The notes beneath the pieces are model-generated. The model had not been told where the DNA came from. It worked only from the letters and a program-made list of their open reading frames with translations, and made no database searches. Shown one piece after another: positions 9,200 to 17,391 of a stretch of 32,000 bases of DNA. Each line of letters begins with the position of its first letter. Positions within the stretch are counted from its first letter, which is position 1. Source of the stretch: an uncultured archaeon. GTDB taxonomy: Archaea; Asgardarchaeota; Thorarchaeia; Thorarchaeales; Thorarchaeaceae. The stretch lies in the NCBI GenBank assembly GCA_964648855.1, contig CAZYLT010000004.1:169532-201531 (forward strand), in the 5' to 3' direction. Made by a program: the position numbers and the translations under genes.

Positions 9200-9610
9200 T
9201 TATAGTCGAATGGGATTGGGACCAATCTCGCGAATCTTGTCTGCGAAGTCGTTGATCTCCTTCGCAAACTTCTCCCCTTCAGCCGCGCTCACGAACACCA
9301 TCTTCACCCGCTCCTTGTTCATGCCCAGTTTATCAACAAGTTCCCTGGCGAACCTGACCCGTCTCTCAGCTCCGAGATTGCCTGTCTTGTATGCGCAATC
9401 ACCGGGATGGCAACCAACAATCAGAACCCCATCTGCACCTTCCTGAAGCGCCTTCATAATGAAATTGATATCGAGCCTAGCAGTACAGGGCATCCGGATG
9501 ATCCGCGCGCTCACGTCGTACTGGATCTTCATCGTTCCGGCCAAGTCTGCAGCCGCATAACAGCACTGCATGCAGCCGAAGATGACGATGTTCATGTCTT
9601 TAGGGGGCAT
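9200..9610 (-). CDS. mvhD: Methyl-viologen-reducing hydrogenase delta subunit / hydrogenase iron-sulfur subunit (intact copy)
   Basis: IVIFGCMQCCYAAADLAG, RMPCTARLD, GADGVLIVGCHPGDC, VSAAEG and GPNPI motifs. RBS GAGG and a TATA-like element upstream. Confidence 0.93.
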   Translation of the reverse strand: MPPKDMNIVIFGCMQCCYAAADLAGTMKIQYDVSARIIRMPCTARLDINFIMKALQEGADGVLIVGCHPGDCAYKTGNLGAERRVRFARELVDKLGMNKERVKMVFVSAAEGEKFAKEINDFADKIREIGPNPIRL

Positions 9611-9744
9611 AGGTAATAGATAACCTCACTCTTGTGATTCTGGATTGATTTTCTTCCTCCATATAATCTTTCAGTCGTAGAATAAGCTTTGATTTGTGGC
9701 AAAGCCACTTATTTTTTCTAAATCCAAATATTTTGGATGCATGC

Positions 9745-9995
9745 ACCGACCCGAATCAGGTCTGGGTAGAGGGTGAGCGAACCCCCTCGGTGACCGTCAA
9801 CTCCCGTGTTCCACCCTGCTCGCGACCGCTGTCACCAGCGAACCCGGAGACCTCTCCCCGAGCCTGTACACGAGCTTTATCCGAGCAACCCTCGGATGGA
9901 GTTTCACTCCGCTGCACACTATTGCCATGACTATCAGTAGCCTTGCGGGCGTCGATGGTGGCAGACGGCTGTTCCACGGTTCTTCCCACGGCAGG
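9745..9995 (-). ncRNA. Putative omegaRNA/reRNA scaffold overlapping the tnpB 3' end
   Basis: Dense hairpins within the low-complexity tail codons: GAGGG/CCCTC (9769-9788), GGAG/CTCC (9846-9857), ATCCGAG/CTCGGAT (9879-9897), GGAGT/ACTCC (9898-9910) and a closed domain at 9920-9993. TnpB guide RNAs are known to overlap the gene 3' end. Boundaries approximate. Confidence 0.55.
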
Positions 9996-11531
9996 GTCGG
10001 TAGTGCTCACAAACTCTGCAAGCAGGGTCTGGTCATGGCACTCGGCCGCGGACCGCCCCCGTGAAGCTGATCTCTTCGAGGACGGTTCGGACTTCTCGTT
10101 AGAGCGTGTTCTCCTCCGAGCCTTCAAGCTTGCCTGTTTCTTCTCATTAGGAAACAACCAACGCTCTAGTCCGGTCTCATTCGTAAGTGAAGGAATGAGC
10201 TTGATGAGGCGCCGGGCGATGTTGATGGCGCCGTTCTTGTCGGCATTGGAGCGATAGCCACAGGTGGTACATATGAAGAGGGACTGCTTCGGCCTGACTC
10301 CCTTGGAACCACAGCGGTGGCAGATGATTGATGTCCAGGACTCAGGGACAGGAACGAAGTGCGAGTCCTTCCCATCCACCCTCCAACCCTCTTGGACAAG
10401 AGCGTGCTTGAGCCCCTCGCTGACTCGTGCAAAGGTCCAGCGAGCCACCTTCTTTCTGAAGGACTTGCTCTTGCCACTCTTTCTTCCTGCGCTACGGCGG
10501 ATGTTGGTGAGGCGACCAATGGCCACATAGAGGTCATACTTCTTGGAGAGCTCGAGGATATGGGTGGTGAGCTCTCGGACGAGCACACCATCAAAGTCAG
10601 TACTGATGTTAGCACGGCGGCTGCGAAGTTCCTTGAGGCGCTCCGCCACACCGTCGTACGGCCACCCTGCATTCTTCCGGTCACACATCTCTCGTTGTAG
10701 AGCGTCAACCATCTCATCGTACCGCTCTATGTGACTGATCTTTTCCGGTTGCGTGAAGTAGCGTACGTATCTCACCCGTTGTTCAGTCAGCACAACAGAA
10801 CAGACCGCCTTGTCAATACCGAGATCAATACCCAACACTGCTGGAGGCAGACCAGTCATGTCAACCACCTCCACCTCCACTCTTACAGCAAACACAACCC
10901 ACCATTTACGACGGGCGTCCTTGAAGAGCCTCAGGGATGTGACCTCACCCTCATCCAATCTGTTCAGATGATAGGAAGAGGGATTCAAAGGAATACGCAA
11001 TCTATCATGGGTCCAGCTATCCGTCTGTGCAGAGTCCAAGGAGTCCAACAGGTTCAGCCAATGCTTTGTTTCCTGTCCCCGTCTATATTCTAGCTTGAAT
11101 CTCCTGGCATATACATACCGGGGAAGCTTCCTTGCTCGATACCCCTGTGCCTTGAGCGGGGGCTGTCCTCCCAGCTCAAGATAGCTGTTCCACATGGCAG
11201 CCGCAACTTGCCTGCACTCCTGCAGCTCGTTGGTTGAGATGTTTGGGAATCTCTTCTTGAAGTCATGAGGAACAGACAGTCTTCTCTTAGCTGGGTCCTT
11301 GAACCGCTCCGCGGTGAGGGTCAACTTCTCCAGTGCTCCACCATTGATCCGTTTTCGTTTCTTACCGACAATGAGTTCTTTCTCGTGACGCGCAATGACC
11401 CCAAGAAACGCCCGGATGACTCGTGTATCCCGTCCGGTCAATCTCTCCAACCTAGACCTATCAGCATCACTCATGCAGTTCCATTTCACAGGAACTTTCA
11501 CACTGATGATTACAGTCTGGCTCTCGGGCAT
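9756..11531 (-). CDS. tnpB: TnpB/Cas12f-family RNA-guided endonuclease with rearranged RuvC-II and long C-terminal tail
   Basis: RuvC-I VLGIDLG, Zn ribbon CHRC...CTTC, RuvC-III NADKNGAINIA. The canonical RuvC-II position reads VAIGRL, and an alternative Glu occurs in VPESWTS. ATG 11531 (MPESQ) preferred, ORF open to 11627. No tnpA nearby. Confidence 0.88.
   Translation of the reverse strand: MPESQTVIISVKVPVKWNCMSDADRSRLERLTGRDTRVIRAFLGVIARHEKELIVGKKRKRINGGALEKLTLTAERFKDPAKRRLSVPHDFKKRFPNISTNELQECRQVAAAMWNSYLELGGQPPLKAQGYRARKLPRYVYARRFKLEYRRGQETKHWLNLLDSLDSAQTDSWTHDRLRIPLNPSSYHLNRLDEGEVTSLRLFKDARRKWWVVFAVRVEVEVVDMTGLPPAVLGIDLGIDKAVCSVVLTEQRVRYVRYFTQPEKISHIERYDEMVDALQREMCDRKNAGWPYDGVAERLKELRSRRANISTDFDGVLVRELTTHILELSKKYDLYVAIGRLTNIRRSAGRKSGKSKSFRKKVARWTFARVSEGLKHALVQEGWRVDGKDSHFVPVPESWTSIICHRCGSKGVRPKQSLFICTTCGYRSNADKNGAINIARRLIKLIPSLTNETGLERWLFPNEKKQASLKARRRTRSNEKSEPSSKRSASRGRSAAECHDQTLLAEFVSTTDPAVGRTVEQPSATIDARKATDSHGNSVQRSETPSEGCSDKARVQARGEVSGFAGDSGREQGGTRELTVTEGVRSPSTQT
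9920..9993 (+). repeat. 74-bp direct repeat, copy A (copy B at 21642-21715)
   Basis: TATTGCCATGACTATCAGTAGCCTTGCGGGCGTCGATGGTGGCAGACGGCTGTTCCACGGTTCTTCCCACGGCA; 73/74 identical to copy B. Confidence 0.95.
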
Positions 11532-11544
11532 GTGCATCACTTGA

Positions 11545-11655
11545 CAATTTAAACTTCCGACCTGTCTTGTGTCAGAAGGGAGTTCACTCAGCTCTCTATG
11601 CAAGAGATTGAATGATAATCTCCACACATTCTATAGTATCAGGCAATTTAAACTT
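11545..11655 (-). promoter_or_regulatory. Two identical TATA-like boxes upstream of tnpB
   Basis: CAATTTAAACTT at 11545-11556 and 11644-11655 (AAGTTTAAATTG on the minus strand, BRE/TATA-like). Confidence 0.45.
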
Positions 11656-11784
11656 ATGAAGACTGTAGATTTATGGACACTCAATATTCAATTCTAAGAC
11701 CTCATATGCCTTATTTTGGTGGATAAAGCATTGGTCGTAAAGCCCGAGATAGTATATATAAATAACCAACACAAACGGTAGAAT

Positions 11785-14700
11785 ATGGCTCATTTTGGGT
11801 CTCCCAAGCAGCCAAACAAGGTCCTCATCACTGCCTTCAAGCGTGGGATGGCAGGGACATTGGCTCTCGCACGGGACCGTGCCACGGGAGTTGTCCGACC
11901 ATTGTACTATGGGGATAACCGTGTGAAGGGCATGGCGAAGATCTGGGATGAGGCCAAGACGGCCTATCGCGAAACCCATGACCGGGACAGGCAGCGCAGG
12001 TCGGCCTCCTATCGACAGAGCTTGACCCCAGACCAGCTTGAGGAACTGGACAGGAGGGTCCTCCCTGATAGCAGACTTCTCCTGATGGCGGAGAACAACA
12101 TCCGGCGCAACTTCTACCGCATTATGTTGAAGACAGCCGTCAAATATGGCAACAAAGAGACCAAACGTGTCAAGCGTGGCGAGGGGCCACAGGGATACCT
12201 CAACCTGCTCTGGGACTATGCAGGAAGTAGAATCCGTGATGTCTGCAAGGCCCGGTACTTCTTTCCGCCGCCCACAGAGCTCAAGCTCGTAGATGGGTCT
12301 GAGGGGGTAGGGTATCCCTCCCTTGGAGGACAACCTGCATACTTCCTGAACCACGATAACCTCCCCGAACTGGACTTTGGAGACATGATACGAAGCCACC
12401 TGGTCGAGCTAGCTCGACAGTGCATGAAGTACAATGTGCCTCTCAGGCCAGCAAAACGGTACATCGATCAGCTACTAAACAGGCTTCTTCCGTTTCTGGA
12501 CTATGTCTATACTGGAAGAAAAACCGGGCGGTCCAACTTTGTCCGAGAGGGATTAGAAGAACTACGAGATGTGGTGGATAGAATCAGTATACTCTATGGC
12601 ATGCGAAACGGCCGAGCTCCCTCTATCACCACCATGGTTGCAGTCGATACAGAGGTGACATTGTCGGACGCTGATGTGCCTATGGTTGAAGAGTATCCAG
12701 ATTGCGTCACTGAACCTCAGCTCGAGAACATGCCTCATATACCCGTAGAGAATGTCATAACCACTGATACCTCAATCGAAGAAGATATTGAGTATCCAAC
12801 CACTCCGAACTTTTTTACAACCATTGTTGGAAGAGCGGAGGACAAGGGTGTTGATGAGTGGAGCGATGCTCTGGATACGCTCAAGCAATTGCTGGATGAG
12901 GGCATCCTAGACAAAGAGGACGCCGCACAGATTCTGAAGCAGGCAAAAGAGGAGAGCAGAAGAATCGGCAGTGCATTCCATGACTTTGTATCAAAGGGCT
13001 TTCCCAGTCCCTTCGTGATGAGTGCAGTGGTCCATCATGGAGATGAGATGGTACGGGATAGGTCCGGTCTCCTGATAGTATCCGAGTTAGGCGTTGCAGG
13101 AGGACAGGGACGAGTTGACCTTGCCCTCTTCAGACGAAAGCTCTTGCCAAGTGTGGATGAGGCCCCGCCACAAATCGTCTATGAACCCTGCATGGTTGTT
13201 GAGATAAAGACGAAGAGCGCCTTTGAACTCGATATCTATGGGGTGAGGTCCAAGAGTGAGAAGGAGAAGAATGTTGTCAGCGAATTCCTACTGGAGAGAA
13301 GGAGGCTCACTGACGAAGAGTGGATGGACATACGGGGAAGTATCTCTCCCGAGAGTGTGAAACAGATTGAGCTCTACAGTGAAGCCATACTGAATGAGTA
13401 CCAACGAGTGGCATGGATAGATTCCAAGCCGCCAAACGAACTAATCAAAGCGGTTGTTTCGGTCGATTCAACAGAAACGTGGAATGAAGCTCGTGACGCA
13501 CTGCATGCCGTGATTATCGAAGGCTACGAGATGGCCATGAATAATGGAATTTCCACAGGCGATGTTCTTCAGGTCAGCGAGAATGGAATCCCGCTGAGAT
13601 TGGTCATGCATATGGTATCAGATAGCTGTTCAGCCACTGAAGTGGAGCCACCTGCTAAGAGAGAAGAAAACAATCCGTTCTGTAAACATCAGGATGATGG
13701 ATTGGAATTCATTATGTATCTCTCCGTGTCCGGTCGTGGCTCCCCCTCAGAGTCTGCTGCAACAATAGCAGAGAGATGGCACGGTCTGAAGTATCTCTAC
13801 GATATGGCGCATTACAAGCACAGGGATATCATATGGTTCGACATGAATGGCGAAATCGCAGACCCGCTGCTCGGAAAGCACAGGCTGAGGTTGGCGTTCC
13901 ATGATGCATCCGTCCAGCGCTTCTTCAAGAGACGCGTCAAGGTTGTGGACATGTCCTTCACTATTGCTGAGTACTTGCATGGCAGGCAAACGAGCCGAGT
14001 AATTAGAAAATTGATTAAAGATAATGTGACTAATGCCAAGAAACCAATTGTGGTGGTAAGTGGTTGGAACTCATTGTGGCGAAGAACTGGGCCATATCAG
14101 AATCCCTTGTTGGGCGCGATACTCCTGCTCTTCCTGTCGGAGGTTTCTAAAGGTGGAACGATTCTGTGGTTCAATCGTCCGGTTCCTCTCTCTGATAATA
14201 GCTCCGTGTACCAGACAAAATGCGTGGCACCGTTCTATACCAATTCTCAATGGGAGGGTTTTATCGATAGAATCGTCTGGAATCTCCCTCTGCCTCCACA
14301 GAGGTCAAGGTCATTTACGCCTGCGGATGATTGTATCAGAGTGTCTATTATGGAAGCACCAGGTGAAACGGTCATCTCGGAGCGAATCCATATCCTCCCT
14401 CTTGAGGGATGGGGAGAAACCTTCCGGTCAGAGCCCCAAACCCCCTACGTTTCGATGATGTATTCTAAGGGAGCAGGTTTCGCAGGCTCAATGCAGACCT
14501 TAGCACAGTCTGTTGATTATGAAGATGTGTATGATCTCTTACCGCACCTCCAAGATTCTGCGATTACAGATAGCATCCCTGAAAAAGCCAGGTATGTAGT
14601 TGAAAAAGCACATGTATCGTCACGGATTCAAGATATGCACGAGTCCATCAATCTAATCAATTTCCGACCCTATCAATTTCAAGAGCGACTGGAGAGAAAC

Positions 14701-17274
14701 AAGCGGTACAAGAAGCTGCTGCCGATAGATCAGATTACGCAGAAGCGCGAATACCGAACCATGACACTTGGTGTGGAGGAACCCCAGAGAAATACAAGGC
14801 CTCCGTCTGAAGACATGCTGATAGCATGTGATGTTGATGATATTGACATAGCCCTATCCGAGGTACGTGGCCTGAAAAAGGCCATCTCATTCCTCTTAAA
14901 CCAAGAATCTCCTCCAAGCCACATTGTGAGATTGTGTGAAGAACTACTGGATATCATTGAGCCAACAGATGCTACTCAATCTAGTCAGAAGGTCATGAAC
15001 AGACTGCGCCTAGTTAGACAGACTCTTGAGAATGACATATCCACGCAAAATAGTTGGACGCAGCTAGAACCGTATCGGATGCAAGCGCATCGTCAACTGA
15101 AACCGCATATCCGAGCTCACATCGAGCAGCTGTCCCAAAGACATCCTGATATCATGCTCATCACGGGAAATCATCTCTTTTTGATGTTGCATGCTGCACT
15201 CAATACGATTCCTTCCAGCATCCATCTACGAACTCTGGATCTTCTGTGGCAATACCTTGTTCCTTGGCATTATACAAGACTTGGACTCAGTCCAGAATAC
15301 AGGTATGGAACACATGCTGGCCGGTCAGTATTAGACCGTCATGTGCTCTTTGAGAGACTGAAGTCGCGAGCCTTAGCATTGAATGCTCTGATTGCCGAAG
15401 ACATCTCTCTAAGGAGTGTTCGGATGGGGCAGGTGATAATCCGAAGAACAGGATTAGAGCAGGAGCCGTTGGCGACATGGCTGATCTTCCAGAGAACCAT
15501 GGGAGGGACTGAGATGAACGCGGCGCTCATCACACCCTATGCTTTAGACCCAGGCGAGGCGCCATATGAGCTTCTCAAGGGCCTTATTTCGGATGCGCCC
15601 TTCTGGAGTGAGAGTGACATCAGCAGACTAGCAGACTCTGCACGTAGTGAAAAGAAGGATATCAGAGTGCCGCTGATGATTGCCAACCAGAAGGATATGC
15701 AGCTTCTCTTTGTACGGCACCAAGATAGTGATGTCTGGATGCCAGTAGGACGAATCGAGTATACGAGTCATGCATTCCAGAGTGTGACATTGATTAGAAC
15801 GCTGCAGATACGTGCAGAGGAACAGGCAGTTCCGGTTTCTACGAACGCAGTTCCTAAATCCCTCTTGGACACTCAAGACTTGGTTGATGTTGCCCTTCTT
15901 GTCATTCGTCGAGGTCTGGGTGAACCAGTCAATGCGAAATGTCACATCTCGTTGGACCATGAGAGAGGAAGCTATCATATTTTCTTTGAGGTAGCAGAGG
16001 AGGATGATAATGAATCGGAAGCTTTGGCATTGACCATCAAGAGCACCATTGAGTTGGTTGCACTACTCAGGAAGCCAGACTATCAGTGTGAGCCCGTGGT
16101 CATTGACGGGAAACGGCTCATCTGGAACCGATTTCAGGACATCACCTATCATGAAGATGTGCAACTCATCCGTCCATGGGTGGAGAGAAGGAATCCATTT
16201 CCACACCTGGCGATGGAGTTGCCACCGAGTGCTGAGGACCTCCTCGCTGCCAAACAGGACTTCAATATCAGAGTGGAGCCCCATCACGACCCGTGGGTGT
16301 GCCCCCTTCGACATGTTTCCAAGGAGGACATAGAGAGACAGCAGCGCCTTGCTCCAGTGGCAAATATGCACTATCTCTTCCGTTATGAGATTCCTGTCGG
16401 AACACCGAAACGCCTCCTTGATGAAACAGGACTAAGACATGGTTCCTGCTGGGGTATCCGAATCCATACACCTCACTCGCTTCCGATGGAGCTTCAGGAC
16501 CTGATGTCAGTTCGTTTCACCGCTGCTCAGCTCGCGACACTCGTGCGGTCGAGTGAGATTGTCTACTGGTCGAACGAGCAACAGGAGTGGATTGTTCACT
16601 CGATGGATCTCGTGTGGAGAAACCATGTCATCTCGGAAGCCCAGGAGGCCTGGCATCTCAGACGAGTCATTGAGGAGTACCTCGGGCAAGAACTGGAACT
16701 AGTGAAACCGGGAACCTATCTGCAGAAACAGGAACGATGGTGCCCCTACTTCATCATTGAGCAAGAGAGAGTAGTAGTGGGTCTGGAGCGGGGTGCAACA
16801 AAGGAGAAACGAGAGCGGGTGCTTAGAGAGAGGAATGTTGCTCTCCGAGCAAGAGAAGAGGTCGAGAACATCCTCAGTCAGGGCATGACTACGCTTCTTG
16901 ATGAGCAGGGCATCACTCCCGACAGAAGACTCCAGAGTGATATTAGAAACGAGATAGTATTCATACTTGAGGAGGCAGTGACATCAGGAGAGGACATGAA
17001 ATTGACCTACTCAGGAGCAATGATCCGCAGAGATGAGGTCGGAGGTAGGCGGGTTTATGTCATCTTTGAATCTCCTTATGATGAATACTATCTACCAGTT
17101 ACTCCTCATCTTCATGATATTGCAAGAATTGAACATCTTATACCCTCAGAGGTTCGAAATGATATCAAATGTCAACTCGAAACCCATCCCTTTCGTAAGT
17201 CGGATATAGAAGAAGCAGTTGCAGGAGTGATGGGTTTACTTAGGGACGAAGGACTGTCGCACTCCAAGGAATGA
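11785..17274 (+). CDS. Very large (1829 aa) multidomain protein with a PD-(D/E)XK (RecB/Cas4-like) nuclease domain and a probable degenerate P-loop ATPase domain
   Basis: Uninterrupted 5.5-kb ORF. SE434...GRVD445...VVE473IK...Q527IELY nuclease motifs. Then IMYLSVSGRGSPSES, IIWFDMNGE and PIVVVSG, resembling decayed HerA/VirB4-like motifs. TATA (TATATATAAATA) about 25 bp upstream suggests a leaderless transcript. Confidence 0.8.
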   Translation: MAHFGSPKQPNKVLITAFKRGMAGTLALARDRATGVVRPLYYGDNRVKGMAKIWDEAKTAYRETHDRDRQRRSASYRQSLTPDQLEELDRRVLPDSRLLLMAENNIRRNFYRIMLKTAVKYGNKETKRVKRGEGPQGYLNLLWDYAGSRIRDVCKARYFFPPPTELKLVDGSEGVGYPSLGGQPAYFLNHDNLPELDFGDMIRSHLVELARQCMKYNVPLRPAKRYIDQLLNRLLPFLDYVYTGRKTGRSNFVREGLEELRDVVDRISILYGMRNGRAPSITTMVAVDTEVTLSDADVPMVEEYPDCVTEPQLENMPHIPVENVITTDTSIEEDIEYPTTPNFFTTIVGRAEDKGVDEWSDALDTLKQLLDEGILDKEDAAQILKQAKEESRRIGSAFHDFVSKGFPSPFVMSAVVHHGDEMVRDRSGLLIVSELGVAGGQGRVDLALFRRKLLPSVDEAPPQIVYEPCMVVEIKTKSAFELDIYGVRSKSEKEKNVVSEFLLERRRLTDEEWMDIRGSISPESVKQIELYSEAILNEYQRVAWIDSKPPNELIKAVVSVDSTETWNEARDALHAVIIEGYEMAMNNGISTGDVLQVSENGIPLRLVMHMVSDSCSATEVEPPAKREENNPFCKHQDDGLEFIMYLSVSGRGSPSESAATIAERWHGLKYLYDMAHYKHRDIIWFDMNGEIADPLLGKHRLRLAFHDASVQRFFKRRVKVVDMSFTIAEYLHGRQTSRVIRKLIKDNVTNAKKPIVVVSGWNSLWRRTGPYQNPLLGAILLLFLSEVSKGGTILWFNRPVPLSDNSSVYQTKCVAPFYTNSQWEGFIDRIVWNLPLPPQRSRSFTPADDCIRVSIMEAPGETVISERIHILPLEGWGETFRSEPQTPYVSMMYSKGAGFAGSMQTLAQSVDYEDVYDLLPHLQDSAITDSIPEKARYVVEKAHVSSRIQDMHESINLINFRPYQFQERLERNKRYKKLLPIDQITQKREYRTMTLGVEEPQRNTRPPSEDMLIACDVDDIDIALSEVRGLKKAISFLLNQESPPSHIVRLCEELLDIIEPTDATQSSQKVMNRLRLVRQTLENDISTQNSWTQLEPYRMQAHRQLKPHIRAHIEQLSQRHPDIMLITGNHLFLMLHAALNTIPSSIHLRTLDLLWQYLVPWHYTRLGLSPEYRYGTHAGRSVLDRHVLFERLKSRALALNALIAEDISLRSVRMGQVIIRRTGLEQEPLATWLIFQRTMGGTEMNAALITPYALDPGEAPYELLKGLISDAPFWSESDISRLADSARSEKKDIRVPLMIANQKDMQLLFVRHQDSDVWMPVGRIEYTSHAFQSVTLIRTLQIRAEEQAVPVSTNAVPKSLLDTQDLVDVALLVIRRGLGEPVNAKCHISLDHERGSYHIFFEVAEEDDNESEALALTIKSTIELVALLRKPDYQCEPVVIDGKRLIWNRFQDITYHEDVQLIRPWVERRNPFPHLAMELPPSAEDLLAAKQDFNIRVEPHHDPWVCPLRHVSKEDIERQQRLAPVANMHYLFRYEIPVGTPKRLLDETGLRHGSCWGIRIHTPHSLPMELQDLMSVRFTAAQLATLVRSSEIVYWSNEQQEWIVHSMDLVWRNHVISEAQEAWHLRRVIEEYLGQELELVKPGTYLQKQERWCPYFIIEQERVVVGLERGATKEKRERVLRERNVALRAREEVENILSQGMTTLLDEQGITPDRRLQSDIRNEIVFILEEAVTSGEDMKLTYSGAMIRRDEVGGRRVYVIFESPYDEYYLPVTPHLHDIARIEHLIPSEVRNDIKCQLETHPFRKSDIEEAVAGVMGLLRDEGLSHSKE

Positions 17275-17391
17275 GTATAACCAAAGCCGGAATCATTGAT
17301 AATACATTTATCGCAAAGCGAGATATTTTTCAATAATCATTGAAGATAAAAAATAGCGAAGAGAACCATAGCAATCAGGAGCTATCTTGCT

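Noticed and set aside
3247-9610. mvhD triplication as an assembly artefact
   Set aside because: The copies differ at many synonymous positions and have different stop codons and flanks; misassembled repeats would be near-identical.
9200-9610. Selenocysteine-containing MvhD/VhuD
   Set aside because: No in-frame TGA in any copy; ligand positions are Cys codons in the intact gene.
9756-11531. Nuclease-dead TldR-like TnpB
   Set aside because: Although the canonical RuvC-II Glu is Gly, both Asp residues are intact and an alternative Glu (ExxTS) is present, so a rearranged active site is the better reading. Not fully excluded.
9611-11784. Type V CRISPR (Cas12f) locus or complete IS200/IS605/IS607 element
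   Set aside because: No repeat-spacer array, cas1/cas2, Y1 transposase or serine recombinase seen in the window.
11671-12399. 242-aa minus-strand ORF and other antisense/overlapping ORFs in the track (e.g. 10166-10717, 5259-5684, 7997-8425, 30289-30615)
   Set aside because: They overlap better-supported genes on the opposite strand or another frame and show no recognisable motifs; treated as shadow ORFs.
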